Notes: generated from the sequence alone by a model not told the origin. Positions 1 through 14,174 are shown, numbered from the stretch's first letter. The stretch: DNA of 64,000 nucleotides from Hydrolagus colliei (GCA_035084275.1 CM068748.1:15934001-15998000), one strand, 5' to 3'. Numbers and translations: made by a program.

Positions 1-349
1 AGAGGAAAAAGGGTATAGTAAAGTTCATAATAGCGTATGTTTTGGATCACTGTATAGGAAGGGGTATGATTAGTTGTATAGCCTTGTCTTATTATCTTAC
101 ACTAGTTAAATATGTTTCTGATACCTTATCTTCTCTGTTTATATGTTTCATCATTTTAGTTGACATTACCAGAGAAATCTCGATTTCCAATTACTGTATC
201 TTCAAAATTGTATTATGCTTAATTGCTTCCTGAATTTGAAGGAGCAATCATGAAAAAGGCCAGCTGGTAAAACAGAACAACTGCTGTATATCATATGAGT
301 CAGACTTTATTTTAAAAATTATATTGTTAAGGTTTCTCAAATACAGTAC

Positions 350-720
350 TGCTATCAGTGACTTGAAGGAAGGTTGGATCATCAGTGATATGAAGGAAGG
401 TAGGACCCTGGTGTCTTGTTGCTTCCAGTATTTGCTGACAGAGATGTTATTTGAATGTGAAAGTAGTCCAACTCAACGTTGGCCAACATTGTCTTCATTC
501 CTTGCTCAAAATTGGATTTCAATTTTTTTGCTGATGTGGATGAATATCAAGTGTTGGACTCCAATAGGTCTTGCTATCAATCTGCAAAGCTTGGCTAAAT
601 TTCTCACTGTAATGATTCCACTTTGTGTCTGATCACATTCATCACAGCAGTTAATATTAGAATAACCATCTTCAGCACAACCGTGATTTGTCCTCTATTA
701 AAATGTCACTAATCTTTGGT
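350..720 (-). mobile_element. Highly decayed CR1/L2-clade reverse transcriptase fragment
   Basis: Minus strand has weak echoes of the WI..FL..R.Q.V and GP.LF.I..DD motifs. Includes a 27-bp duplication (354-404). Confidence 0.3.
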
Positions 721-1607
721 TTAGTTGGCTGCATCGGAGACTGTCTTTGGATATTGGATTTAGGGCGTTCAAACAATTAGAAAGAAATGAAGATTATATT
801 GGGCATGTTAGGGAACCAGTTATATTTGAAATGGATTACACAGCTCTTTTTTTTCTATTGCATATCTACAAGGTAAATTTTGCCTGGCAAAAAACATTTT
901 CCTTTTGACATGCATCTTGAAAAGGTAAATCTACTGTGCCACAAAGATCAGTATAATTATCAGGAATTAAGTAAAGTTATTGGTTGCTGTTCTTGTTCCT
1001 ACTTTCCTTCAAATCACTGAGACAGTAGCTAGAATAAACTACCCTCTTTGGAGGAGCAATCAGATGGTCTTCCTATTGGCTCTCAGGTATACTTAGAAGC
1101 AAAATGTTGAAATCGAGTCAACTATTTGTGTTGGTCTCAGTAGTCTTGTTTCTGAAACATACTGGTTTGTAGTATTCCAAAGCACTGCTGATCATTAACT
1201 TGTCAATAGAACGTGAAGGAGTGGGTATTTACGACGCTTGGCTCCTGTTAACTCTGCAAGCCTGAATGAGGTCCAAGCTGCACAAGTGGCGGAAAGCTTG
1301 CCTGACAGTGCTGTCAGTGACAAGTTACTGCAGTTTTACATGGTTTAACTGAACAAATTACTCCCCACCTTGGGTGCCCAAGCCATTCTTCTCCCAATGG
1401 TTCTTGTATCTACTACTCACCACGAGTAGATAAGCAATGTATTTTCTCCAGGAAGAGAATGAGCATTCCACATGCAATGATATTATCATGGGTATTTGTT
1501 GATGAAACATATTTAAAACTCTGTCTGGTTTGGTTACTCTTAATTACATTTTTTTTGCTGATATGGGTGAATAATAAGGTAATGAGATTTTCTCTTTTCC
1601 TGCACCC

Positions 1608-1652
1608 GATTGACCAACAAAAATGTAGAGATTGACCAACAAAAATCGTAGA
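1608..1652. repeat. 22-bp tandem duplication
   Basis: GATTGACCAACAAAAAT(C)GTAGA x2. Confidence 0.9.
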
Positions 1653-1719
1653 GTTTAGTGATATGAATAGACATTTTTTTAACTGCTCTCAATCTTTGAT
1701 TCAAGCATCCCAACTCAGG

Positions 1720-1970
1720 TAGCACATCTGAGTTAGGATGGGAAAATAGGAGAAAATCAGATAAGCCTACAATTCCTGTTGACTATTTACAGATTGTTAC
1801 GAGAAGATGGGTTTATGCAGCTATTGGTGAGGACAGGATCCTGTTGATAACCTCCCTCACTCTTGCTCTTCCTCCCCTGTGACTCAATAGCTCACCCATG
1901 CTCGTTGTGATTGTTTACAGATGAACAGCAGCCACATGTGAGAGGCACCCATTGCACATGAAACTGCCTG
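1720..1970 (+). mobile_element. Ancient AmnSINE2-like SINE fragment
   Basis: GGTGAGGACAGGATC…CAATAGCTCACC…ATGAACAGCAGCCACATGTGAGAGGCAC resembles the recalled 3' half of AmnSINE2. Confidence 0.45.
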
Positions 1971-4929
1971 CCATTAGAAATACTGTATGAAGGTAGACAG
2001 ACAACATCGCAATTAGAGATAAACTATTGCAGGAAAAAATTAAAACGTTTTAAATCTGAATTAAAAACCCCCTGCATATTTCTAATGTCTTAACTTTTAA
2101 AAATAAAGCAGTTCGGACCTCCCCTTGTGGGGAGATTTGTACAGATTTACGGCTAACATTTATTGGCATAGCGCTTTAACACACTAATACGGTCTACCAT
2201 CAGGATATGAAGAATGTACTACCTAACATAACAATGATTAAGGAACATTACTGTAGTGCAGGGGTGGGGGGAAGAGAACTATCACGTTCCAGATTCAGTT
2301 GTGGTTTTCAGTTTTCATTCATGCACAATTTTGTTTGCGATGGATACCTATCTTCATTAGCAATAAGTAGTTGAATCTTAAAAATTAACATATACATTAT
2401 CTTCTTTCTATTTTTACAAACTAGATTTCCTGTTCTTTCATCTTGAGCAATATTGTCCTCATTACTGTAAGACAGACTTTGCTATATTGTATCTATGAAA
2501 AGTTTTGCTGTATCCAAAGCACTTCAGGTCACGGTTTGTAAATACTGTGAATGCTTTTATGCATTCATATATGGAGTATTTAGTTGGATCAACATTATGA
2601 TCTCATAATCATTCATGGAAAACAACACTGTTCTTTTTTCTCTCCCTTGAAAGCTCTCAAAAGAGCTTTTCCAATAGTGAAAAATATGTAATTCAGAGTT
2701 TACAGCAAGAGGACATACAATTTCCAAATGTTTGTGTCAAAACTATGTGTACAGTGGAATTTGATGAGATATTGAGATGTTCAACAGAAAAAGTATGATT
2801 TTATATTAATAGCAACACCATCATATTGAAATTTCAGATGCAAATAGAAACTGAAAACACACAAATCCCTTGGGTATTCTTAACTGTGAAAATTGAGTGA
2901 AGAGCTTTTGTCTAAGAATATTAATGTATCCAAAGCAGTTGGCATTGAGTCATGATCAAAGCTTCAAATTGCTTATCCTATCTGTTATTGGTGGATGTGC
3001 TAGGAGAAGCTCCATTGCATGTTACAAGGCAAAGGCAAATACATGGGAACCTTGTTATAACATGATCATCTGGGTCTGATAGTTGAAAGACAGTTACAGG
3101 CAAAGCACTAACAAATAACTAACTTTCACGTCATTTGGTCACACTGGCATGTGCAGGAAGTGTGTCTCCTGTCAGTCTCTATGCTTGAGCTCGACGTACA
3201 AAAACAATGCTGATGTCACTTCCTTCTCAATCTCACAGCAACAACATTCCCCTTGACCCAGGGTGAATGACCAGGAGCTTCTTCAGCCATGTTTCCTACA
3301 CATAGCGCACATACAGAGTGCACAGCAAGTGAATTCAGCCAAATGTGTTCTATTTGGTGTGGGTCCATAGGACTCCAGCACAATAATCAATAAAGTAGTT
3401 CTATACTGGGAGGGTGTTATAACAGCAACAACACAATAAATTACACCTGTATAGTGCCTTTCAAATGGGAAAGGTGTCCCAGGGTGCAGCTGTAATAATA
3501 ATCCTTATAATCTTTCAATCCTGTGCACCTACTAGTTGCTAGCTCCAAATCAGGATTGTTAAGAGGCAGGCAGAAACCATAAGGCACAGGAAATAAATAA
3601 AAATAAAATAAACCTGGGATGTCAGTTGACTCATTGCTCACCATGTACAAATAGTGTAGAGCAGCAATCAACTAGGCGAGCAGGATAATTGCCAAATCGA
3701 TAGATGCAGCTTCCCAGAAGTTATCTGCTGGAAGTAGTTACCTGAGTGCTTGAGTTTGTGCACACACATTCGTACGTCTAGCGCCTGGAATCCATGTTGA
3801 TTGGCCTGTAGAGAGGCAAGCAACTGCTACTTAAACTTACCACTCCAATTAGTGGAACAAGCACTCAATGGAAGTTGATGTGTGCCTGAGCAGCAGACAG
3901 GAAGTCATTGGCAATGCTCTCTTCCACTTCATGCTCAGATGCATTGCTCATTGGGAAGCTCCTACTAACCACCTAGTGAGGGCTCAAACCCATGCATGTC
4001 AGTGGTTGAACGACAAACTAGTGACTATCCTCCTTTGGGGGAGAGGTAAGCGTGGTCTTATTAAAGCTGAACTGGCTCCAAGATGATATGCCTAGCAGTG
4101 GAATGTCAGAATTGAGCCAGCCCTCTGTGGTAGTCTCGGAAGTCCGGTTCCTCAGCTAGGCAGGTCCGAAGTATTCCAGCACCGCCCCACTGGTCATCAG
4201 TAGGGCCTGGAAGGGCAGACCAGTCTTTTGGGGAGTCATCTCACTCAGCTCCTGTTAACCCTGCAAGTCAAAGTCGCAACAGGTAGGGTGGCCTTAGCTG
4301 TACAAGCAGCGAGAATGTTGCCGGACAGCAATATCAACGGCAGGTTATGCAGTTTTAGCTGGCTACACTCTAGCAATACCCTGGGTCCACAAGCCTTGGC
4401 TCCACTTTCAGATTTGGGTAAGCAGGATACATCTCTCTAGGGAGAAGGTGCACATTTCATTCCAACAATCTATCTCTGGGATTTCCATGTGTAGGTGAGA
4501 TGTTTGATTGAGATTTTCTTAAACATGGTGATGGGTTTCCATGTGTCAGAAACAGGGCTGATGCCCCCAAAATTTTGAGAATTTCGAGCTGAGTGAGATG
4601 ACTTACAGGCCAAACATTGAAGTACTGTACTAATTGAAGTTATCATTTCTGCAACACAAAGGGGTTGCTCAGACCCTAGAGACACTGAAAACAAAACTCA
4701 TACCTAGTCTTACAGAGATAAGCTACAAGGGATAAGGTAGGGCTCTTTAGTTTTGAAAAGCTAAATATCACAAAGACATTATACAGGTTCAAAGATGCTA
4801 GATGGGAACAAAAAACTCTTGAACATTGAACTTTCTGATGTGCCTGCCGTGCTGCCAGGACAGAAGCACATGGGCTACAGGCAATCATTTTAGGACAGAT
4901 TCCAGGATGTATTTATTGACACAGAATAA

Positions 4930-5075
4930 TCAACAGGTTACCCGATTGAGTGGATGAAATCAGGTATCATTGGCTGGGATGCTGAGTGCAACTCCCTTCT
5001 CATTTCTAGTAGTGCCAAGAAATCTTCAGCATCCACCTAAACAGGCATACAGACCATCGGTTTAAACATCCTAAC
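4930..5075 (-). mobile_element. Old Deu-domain SINE (SacSINE1-like) fragment
   Basis: Reverse complement reads GATGTTTAAACCGATGGTC…AGGTGGATGCTGAAGATTTCTTGGCACTA…, the Deu core pattern. Confidence 0.55.
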
Positions 5076-5704
5076 TAATAATGCAGACTGCTTGGACATT
5101 GATTTGGAGAGTTAGTTGAGACTCTGTTGGGAGTTCACAAAAAATATTTATTCAGCGTGCTAATTTTCAGGACTATAATCAGATTTCCAGGCAAAATAAT
5201 TGTTGAACATCATGAGATGAGACTCTTCATTTTTCTGTGAGAGATGCCATAATCACTAGAGCACATATTGTTTCCCAGATGCTCTTTCCATTTCCAGTGT
5301 AGGATATTTTAAGCAACCCGCAGTCTGTTGCAAGACTGCTCTGTGGGACTACAAGTCGGTTCTGATCAAAACTAATTGTGAGATTTACAAAGGCCAAGCC
5401 ATCCGGGTGGGGATGCTTCAAAAGAGATGTGAGCACATAGTAAGGTTTCTGTTGATTGGCAGAAGATCCATGAGTGTACTCTGGTGCATTTTGATCCATG
5501 CCACGTTATCCTTGTCAGTGTATTGCCAGGACAGAAGATCCCATAGACACGCTATTGGAAAGTGCTCGGAACATTCTGAGAGAATAATGTCCATAGAGTT
5601 TTCTTACACCATGCTATAGGAGGGCATAATTGAAGGCCTAGTTATCTGCTACATAAATCAATTTGTTGCAATGCAAGGCTCTGCTTACTGCGCTCTCGTG
5701 TTGT

Positions 5705-5865
5705 CTGTGGCTGTTTGCGGGACATCGCAGTGCCCAAATTGGCTGCTGAATTTGCCCCACAAAACACAGTCATTACACTTTATTGTATATCCTGTGAAGC
5801 GCTTTGAGATATCTCGATGACTCGATATGGTCCTATATCAAATGCAAGGATTATTATTATTATTA
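5705..5865 (+). mobile_element. 5'-truncated tRNA/Deu SINE (SINE2-1_CM-like)
   Basis: CTGTTTGCGGGAC…AATTGGCTGC…GTGAAGCGCTTTGAGA…AAATGCAAGG(ATT)n, shared with >10 copies in the window. Confidence 0.9.
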
Positions 5866-6254
5866 ATGTGAATGGATAAGAAACGTCTAGAGTCTGAGGA
5901 ATTTGGTGGGGGCTGGGAACCCAAAAATGTTGTACTCACAAGCAAAATTTTCCACTGGAAACACATGGTGTGTAGCAATATGTTTTACAATCACAGCTCG
6001 ATTTATTTAATGTGTGCCCGGTGTTATGGAGGCATGCTTCAATGCTGTACATCTACTTGACAAATGTATGTTTCGGGAAATTGCTGTTCATATATTATCT
6101 TGCTGTCTGTTTGATTTGAGATTATCTATTCCCCTGTTCTTGCTCATTTTATATGTCCATTTCTCTTCTACTATGTTTTATCTAATTTCACTCATTTCAT
6201 TCCTCCATGCCACTGGTGTCAATTATTTATTTTTCCACGCTGAGCAAGAATCTG

Positions 6255-6478
6255 CCGGTCCTCAGGTGGATGCTAATGATCCCATGGCATTGGGAGTTTC
6301 TCCCTACATCCCCAATCCCTCGTAAATTAATAGGTTAGCTGTTTGGGGGATTTTGCTTGCTGGGGTAAGTAGCTGTGCATGTTTCCTTATTTAAAAAATG
6401 ACCTTAATTATTAATAAGTACTTCTGAGACACTATGAGATGTTTCAACGTGATAAGGTGCTTTAAAAATGAAACTTGT
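6255..6478 (+). mobile_element. Old Deu-domain SINE remnant
   Basis: CAGGTGGATGCTAATGATCCCATGGCA…GCTGTTTGGGGGAT…GATAAGGTGCTTTAAAAATG. Confidence 0.6.
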
Positions 6479-7263
6479 TTCATTCCTTCCCCTACATTCT
6501 CTATTGTTATATCAAGAAAATGAAGTGATATGAAAATAAAACGATTATTTACACAAATAAACTTTTAAGAGAAACAAAAACTCCAAATTGTACACTTTCT
6601 GGCAGATCAGGACCAGACATTTAATATGTATTTTATTGTAAGCACTTCCTAAAATGTACTGTCAGAGCCCCATGGTTGCTTGTATCCATACAATCATCAG
6701 TGTTAATCTCAAATCAAACAGACATCTTGTTATCATCAGTGTTACAACAAGATGCACCTTAACAAATAGGCAATTGTTAGCAACTTTTAGTTGTCAGATT
6801 GTTTGTTGACATCATTTGCTGCTCACAGGAAGCCAGATGTCATTCTCACAAGTGTTTCCAGGTGTTGCTAATATTCTACTGTAGGCCAAGAGATCTGAAT
6901 CATCTGTATTCTCTTGCCAGAAAGTCAGCATTGAAAGTGCACACTAACCATTTATTTAATGTACAGAAGTTTAAGATTGTGTCTTTTTTCAATTAAAAAA
7001 AATAGCGGTAGATGTATGTTTTTGGATTGCAAATGTACTGAAGGTCGTAACAATTGAAATTGTCGGAAATAATGTGGATTGTCATGAGAATTCCATTGAA
7101 GGAAATTAAACTGATCTTTTAGAAAGGTGCAAATCAGCGGGCTCAGTATGTCAGCAGTGTTGGCTGCCTTGTTGGAGGCTCTGGGTTTTCAATTGAAGAG
7201 AGCTGCCCCCGCATCTACACAGAGAGATCACAAGCTCTCTCTGCCAGTGAGACTGCACCTTCT

Positions 7264-7276
7264 GTTGCTTAGCAAC
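7264..7276. promoter_or_regulatory. RFX X-box motif
   Basis: GTTGCTTAGCAAC, a near-palindromic X-box in unique sequence. Motif match only. Confidence 0.4.
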
Positions 7277-7699
7277 TGGATCAAAATGGTGGCCTTTTAT
7301 TTTTAATTTACAGCATAGTTAAACCCAGGAGCGTGTGTGGGTTGGCAAAGGAAGTATTCAAATAGGTGGATGGGCAGGCAGGGAGTATACGTAAGAGCTG
7401 CAATTTGTTGTAAATTAGTGACATTTGTTAAAGGAGGTTCCGTTTTTTTTAATCTCAAAACACAATAGACCTGTTCAGTATCACATGTTATGGAGCATTG
7501 AGACCATTCTTGCACTCAAAAAATGGTATGAGAACCAACCTATGTAAGGACACACGTACTGAATGAGACAATATGTTCTTAGCATATTATATTCACTTGT
7601 AAATTAATCTGTAGGCACGTTTTACAGTGATTCATGGGGTGCATCTGCTCATGGTGAGATAAACTCAGGAAATTCTGTCATAATTTATGACAGAATACT

Positions 7700-7952
7700 T
7701 TGATGCATCAAGGCAATGGAGCAAGACAGGGTAGGTTCAGGGTTTTGAAGGGCAATTATAGAATTGATACCAAAAAATATTTATGATAATTCATGGCTGG
7801 GACAGGTTACCATACCAGAGAGTATTAGTTGAGGAAGTACTCAACTCATTTTAAGAAACAACTTGTTTTTTGTAGTGGGAGGATAGTTGGGTAGAAGAGT
7901 GATACTAAAGGGACGAAGGGTCTCCAACATTCGTACCTCTCTCGTGATCTTA
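7700..7952 (+). mobile_element. CR1 LINE 3' end, decayed
   Basis: ORF2-end-like segment followed by a CR1-style terminus (…AAAGGGACGAAGGGTCTCC…TCGTGATCTT). Confidence 0.55.
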
Positions 7953-10397
7953 AGACACATAAATGATATGAAGCTGTGCTTCAATCAGATTCATGATTTC
8001 ACTGTTTTCTTCAAAATTTATCGGTCCATTCAAGCAGAGAGTGTGCACTGAAGATAAAGTGCCTCCTCAAGAGAAATGGTAAAGAGTGCATTTATGAATA
8101 TTTTAATTTAAATCATCTTTCTGCGAGAGCTGGGATGAAGCTTTACAATCTTCCGAATATCATTTGGTTGACAAGTTATTTTAACCTTAAAATCTTTTGT
8201 TGGGATGTCTTTGGAAGTCGAGCTCACTCAAGGCAAGCATGCTGCTCCCATTTTCAAAATTATTCTTTTTCATCAGGGAATTATAGTTCTGGAAAAAATA
8301 TAGGTAAGGTATATTAGTGAAATCAAAGGTAAATGGGAAGGTTTGCGAGTTGTGTTTAACCACCTATCTGAAGTGGAAGCAACCTATCTCTGCTCTGCTG
8401 AACTCAAAGCCAACTGTTGGCAACATGCAAACATTTCTTCAAACCCGATTATTTTTTGGGAAAGAATGAGATACATAAGTGGGTTAGCATGCTGTCCTTT
8501 CACCTTGTGTTTTAATACAGCCTCCAGATATGGGTGTAATTGAAACTCTGATGATTATGGCACGAGCTGGCATTCATTTGTATCAAATGAAAGAATTCAC
8601 ACTGGTTCAGCCCTAAATTCTGTTCAGGTTTTGGAGCTGAGGCAGCATTGCTGGCATAGAGTTGAATTTTCCTTTGCTTCTGACTCCCGCTTTATCTGAG
8701 CAATGAATGCTTGATGCTCACAATCGCTACACTGAGTGGGAACAGTGCCTTCTAATTTGTAGGACTGCCATTCCTTATCATATGCTCACAAGAGGTTTGG
8801 ATAAACAAGACCTTTCATGTCATTTAATCTTCTCCTTCCAGAACATAAATCTGTTCTCCAATAATAACAACAAAAATCTAATTTTTTTATCCATCTTTCT
8901 GGCTTTATCCACACTTCGTGTTGTGAATTGCCCTGTGGGTAAATAAATGCTTCCTGGCATGTGTACCTCGATAAGGTCTCCAAGAAGGATAAAATCAAAG
9001 AGCCTCTAATTTTGTGTCTTTCTCATGACCTTAAGAAGATATAACAGTCTCAACTTATCCCATTGATTTGACAATATAGCCCAGCATCGTCCTTGCCTTA
9101 TTATTTTAGGGGTCTATATTTGTGTTTAATTTCTTTCACCCCTAAAACCATTGTTTTTGACATGTCTTTTCTACAGTACAGCCTCATTATAATGCCCTCT
9201 AATATATATCTGCCTCGCTTTCAGCATAAGTCTTCTGTGTACCTGAGCAAACTGAAAGTGAAGTGCGCCTAGCTTCTTTTGCTGAATTGATGGCTTCCCA
9301 CTCTAAAAAAAAAGATTGACTTTGAATTTGTGAAGTTGCTGCTGACTTACTGGTTATGCATTTAGCATTGCAGAAGTGATGTCATTGTTCTGGATCTCAA
9401 TTATAATGCAGTGAGTGAGGCATAGGACCCAGCCAACCTAGTTTGTAATGAGGTTTCACTGTATTCAAAGGGTGCTTCTGAAGACCTGGATATTTTTAAC
9501 AATGCATGACTTGTTTGGAGTCACACAGGAGAATTTCTCATTATAATCCCTCTCTCCCACCCCTCCAATATCAGTAATTTTGTAAACAGCGGGAAATCAG
9601 ACACACTTGGTCATAAAAATTATAGACAACAACTTGCCTTCGTATAGCACCCATCATGCTGGATGGCAACTCGGAGTGCTTACAATTCACTGTAATTGGC
9701 AAGACCTTGTATCTGCCAATTACGTTGAATGGTTAAAAATATGGTGTAAACTTGTTAATAATTACATTGACTTTGTTTTAATTCCTCTGCACCCTCCACA
9801 TGATATATGTACATTTCCATTTGAGTCTCTCTGAGAGAGTGAGGGCCATATAACTGCATTGTGCTGGTGTAGTGCTAATATAATGGGGCCAGAGTTTTTA
9901 AAGAAACATGGCAATGGATGAGAAGTGACGTGAAACACAATCCCTTAAATCAATTATTTATCAGTCAGTCCAGCCTCATTGTTTCCCTGCAGAGTTTATG
10001 TGAATATCTATTTATGAGATGCAGGTAATCATCTGCTGTCTTTATCCTTCCCCAGCATTGTATATGAGCCTGCTTTGAGTGATTCAAGACAAACTTGTTG
10101 TGGCTAGTCATCAATAGTTCATCGGAGAATTGTGCCCGTAACAACAAACAACAAAATTATATTTATATAGCACTTTTCACATTGGAGGGACATGAAAAAT
10201 ATCCATTAAAAATGTCTAATAATTACTTAAATGTTGGTAGTTGGTCTTCCCTCCTCTTCTAAAGTCAATAAGGGAAGGAAAGACATTCAATTTTAGAAGC
10301 AGCAAACCTAGCCTGAAGTCTGTCCCACTTTTAATTGTACCCAGAATTGATCTCACATCGGATGAAAATACCTTGGTTTTTGTTGCAACATTGTTTT

Positions 10398-10645
10398 AAA
10401 CAGTTTACATTTGTACCATTTACGTTGGGAAAACATGTCAAAGCGCTTCACAAAACTGGCTGAGAGCCTGAGCTGGGGGAGGGGTGGTTAGATGGGGAGA
10501 AGGTGGCCAATAGCGCAAAAGTCAAAGAAGCAAGACAGCTTTTGAAGTCGAAGAGGAACATGGCAAGGTGGAGGGACCAGGATGGAGTTCCTGAGAATCA
10601 GGGTAAAGCGGATGTAAGATTACTCTCCCATGCCGGGCAGAGAGG
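10398..10645 (-). mobile_element. L2 LINE 3' end
   Basis: TTACATTTGTACC…AAAGCGCTTCAC tail followed by a purine-rich L2 3' body. Confidence 0.65.
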
Positions 10646-11460
10646 GTTTTATATACAGGTGCTTAAGAGTACTAAAGCAATAATGTTAAGTTTGTTAAGC
10701 TCCATCAATGTCCTAAGCGCTCCAAGACTCAAGCCCATGTGAAGGGTGCTATATAGAAGGGTTAAGGATGCAAGTTGTTGTTTTAAAGAGGAATAAGTGC
10801 AGACCTCGATTCTGCAACACTATCGCTCCATGTAGGTCACTGACATGAACATTTTAGGATTGAGTGAATACTCCTATGGTCTTTGTGTACTCAGAGCTGT
10901 GGTTGCATTCATCAAGGTGTTGATTTGGAATCTGTCTGAAAATAAAATATATTGGAAATAAGATGGGATGAGTTCCACTAACCTGCCATGGGATGCAGCC
11001 TTCAAACTCACTTTTATTGAGTTATCAAATGTAGCGGAAATTAAAATTTAATACAAAATGTAATTCATTGTTAGATTTTCTGTTCACATTGCAGCAAGTA
11101 TTTTATTGCACAGTATTAAATTAAGCTCCTCTAAATCCAGGACACTGGAGAGCTGTTATATCACAGAATATAATTAGCTGCTTACTATTTATATACATTG
11201 AAATAATTATTGTGCAAACATGGCTCATGATGCCTGTAGATGATATATTCTTGACACAACGTACAGTACAAAGAGGTTAGATTTTAAGGCAGCATTTTTT
11301 GCAAAACAGTTTTCAGCTTTGCTTTCACAATGTGCAAAACAATCAAGCTGAAAATCAGTCTGTTTGTCATACTTCATTAACAACCTGTATTTATATATAA
11401 TAATCCTTGCAAGTCGCGTCATTCATGTAGGATAGCCTCTCCTGAATGATGTATTCAGAA

Positions 11461-11498
11461 TGTTGTTGTTGTTGTTGTTGTTACAACAACAAAAACAA
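11461..11498. repeat. (GTT)n abutting (AAC)n, probably tail-to-tail L2 3' microsatellites
   Basis: TGTTGTTGTTGTTGTTGTTGTT ACAACAACAAAAACAA, followed by a minus-strand L2-like tail (CACATTTGTATAG). Confidence 0.75.
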
Positions 11499-12992
11499 GA
11501 TCACATTTGTATAGTGGTTGTGGAGTTGGACACACAGCATGGGGGAAGGTTACAGGCAGTTAACCATAGGAGTGGTTGAAAAGTTAGGATGTAAAGATAG
11601 ATGGGATGAGGCAGAGCGACTTCTACAAATGATAGCGGATCTTGTCCTATAATAGTCAGAAAAGCCTCACTCTCTGTGACAATACGAGGGAAATTCAGTT
11701 TTTTAACCTGAACGAAATCAATGTACATTACAGTACTTGTTTTCACTCAGAAACACTGCTTCCATGTGTATTTTGGGTGTTTCATGTCAGTTGTCATTTA
11801 GACATTAGATCAAAGTTAACTATGAAGGTCTAGAATTGGCTTTCCGGTCCCTTGAGATAGTGCTCTCTATATTTCACTATTATAAGTAGTACAGTACTGT
11901 ACCACAGAACTCAACAAAATATACATTCCATTAATGGACTTAATTGCAAAACAGCTAAAAAAAATTGTCCTAGAAGTAGGAAAGATTTTTAAAAAAATAT
12001 AGTGTGTCTGCCTAACAATCTATCCATATTTTAAAGAACATTTCCCCCTTTGCAGGCAAAATATCATTAATTGCACATTAAAGAATCGGTCAGTTTACTT
12101 GTTGAGTGTCAACCGGATTCAACTGGCTCAGAGTGGAGATGCAAATACAGAGCTAAATTCTGCACAAGAAGTAGATTGTTGCATCTGTGAGTTAGTCTGA
12201 TTGCACAATCTGTTATTCTGAAGTTTGAGTTTCTATGTAAATCCTACATGTTAACATCAACAAGAACAAAATTACATTTGTAATCACGTCGGGAAGACGC
12301 CCCAATATCAGTGAGCTGGTAGCTTCTTTATCACATCAAAATGTAATGTAAAATGATGGTAGTCTGTTTTTACATTGCAAAGATTGATTATGGCGGTCTT
12401 GATAGTCTGGTTCCTCAGCCAGGCAGGTCCACAGTATTTCAGGCATTGCTGATGACAACAGACTGTCTGGCTCATTAAGCAGAACTTGGAAGACAGACCA
12501 ATCAAATCTTATTATTTGAAGCTTCAACTCACATTTCACCAAAGCACTGCCACATGTACATTTAATGCCTTGACCAAATTGTCATTTGAAGTAGTTGGGC
12601 AGAAGTACATTGGGAGAGGGGTTTAGAAGTTTGGAAGTAGGAATTAACATCAGAAAATATGAACTATGTTAATCTGATGTGTTGTGGTTGTAATAATGAA
12701 CACTGCTAAAATTTGCTTGTGGTTCTACTCTCTGGAGAATTTCTGCAGTCTAGTATCACTAATTAGAGAATAATGGAACTTTATTACAAGGCAATTTAGA
12801 GTGATAGAATGAAAATCAACTTTGACATGTTGGAGACGGTTTGATTGATCTCTTGACATATTAGCTAAAAGGAATGAACAAACGCATTACCTACTTTCAA
12901 CTTCCATTACTAGTTGCAAAATAGGTAATATTTGTAATATTTGTGAATATGTTTAACAGTGAATGTATCACTTGCAATAGATCATCATTGTG

Positions 12993-13310
12993 GAGTCCTG
13001 TAGCTCAGTGGTTAGAGCACTCGCCTTACAAGCGTGGAGACCTGTGTTCGAATCCAGGCAGGTCAGAACGAAACCTTGAAGTTTCCTTACTCCACACACC
13101 TAATAATAATGCCTCCCAAAAAAAACACAATAATAAAATTTGTCATTTCAATCCATAACTGTTTGTGGGACACTGGTGTGCACAATTGCCTACTGCGTTT
13201 TGTCCACAAATATACAGTCAATTCATTTTACAGCACATTCTGTGAAGCTCTTTGAGACGTCTAGAAGACGTGAAAAGCACTCTATCAAAATGCAAGGATT
13301 ATTAGTATTA
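12993..13310 (+). mobile_element. Full-length tRNA-derived SINE (SINE2-1_CM-like)
   Basis: Pol III A box TAGCTCAGTGG (13001-13011), B box GTTCGAATCC (13046-13055), Deu-like body, L2-like 3' end and (ATT)n tail. Confidence 0.93.
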
Positions 13311-13811
13311 TATCTGCTTGTCTGTCATACCTGATCAGTATAGTTGCTTTGTACATAACATTTTCATGATGCCAATTAGTTATCCTCCTTAACTTCATTG
13401 CCTCTTTATTGACCAGTATGTTCAGGTGTTGATTCACACATTATGTAAGAAACACTCTTGCCGTGAAGATTATGTTATCACACTGTACTTTTAGTTCCTT
13501 TGTAACTTAACTACAAAAACAACTTTAATTTTCAAAAGGATTAAAAGCAGCATGAAACTTTTCAATCTCGTTTCAAATGCCCCTTTGCCAGCGTCTCTGG
13601 ATTTAGACTTTGTGCAACCAGCAATTTGAATCCTACAGTTTAGTATGTGATGTGGTTTGTTAAATGATTTTACTGTTTAGTGCATGCATTAGAAGCTCCT
13701 GCATTCTATTTTTTTCAAGCACGCAAGATTTGTTAAAAGTTATGAACTTTGAGTGAGAACTTTCAATGTTGCAGCATCAAGATTTTACAATTTTACGAAG
13801 TATAGCGGTCG

Positions 13812-14072
13812 CAGGATTGAGGGAACAGACAGGTTGGCAGGGGGTTAGGAGTTCACAGATGTAGGGTGGGGTTAGGCCATGGAGCACTGCAAAGGTGAGG
13901 ACCACAATCTTCAATTGAATCCTCTGGGTGATGGGAAGTCAATGGAGTTGGGCAAAAATGGGGCTTATGGGATCGCAGAGCTTGGTGTTGGAGAGGACGT
14001 GGGCTGAGGAGTTCTGGATAATCTGTAGCCAATGGAAGGAGGAGTTGGGGAGGCCAACAAGCAGGGCATTCA
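13812..14072 (-). mobile_element. L2 LINE ORF2 C-terminal fragment
   Basis: Minus strand reads …LLVGLPNSF…LQIIQNSSAHVL…PILPNSIDFP…RIQLKIVVLTF. Similar to the copy at 54.3-54.57 kb. Confidence 0.8.
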
Positions 14073-14174
14073 TTAGCATATTGATCTTATCTAAAGTGAT
14101 TGTACTGTTATTGTACTCATTGTGTGATAAGTAAAACAGAAACAGTCTGGTGATGTTTAACAGCCTGCACTATA

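Noticed and set aside
12993-13065. tRNA gene (also 36415, 49022, 43920-43989, 35138)
   Set aside because: A and B boxes are present, but there is no complete acceptor stem and each continues into the same SINE body.
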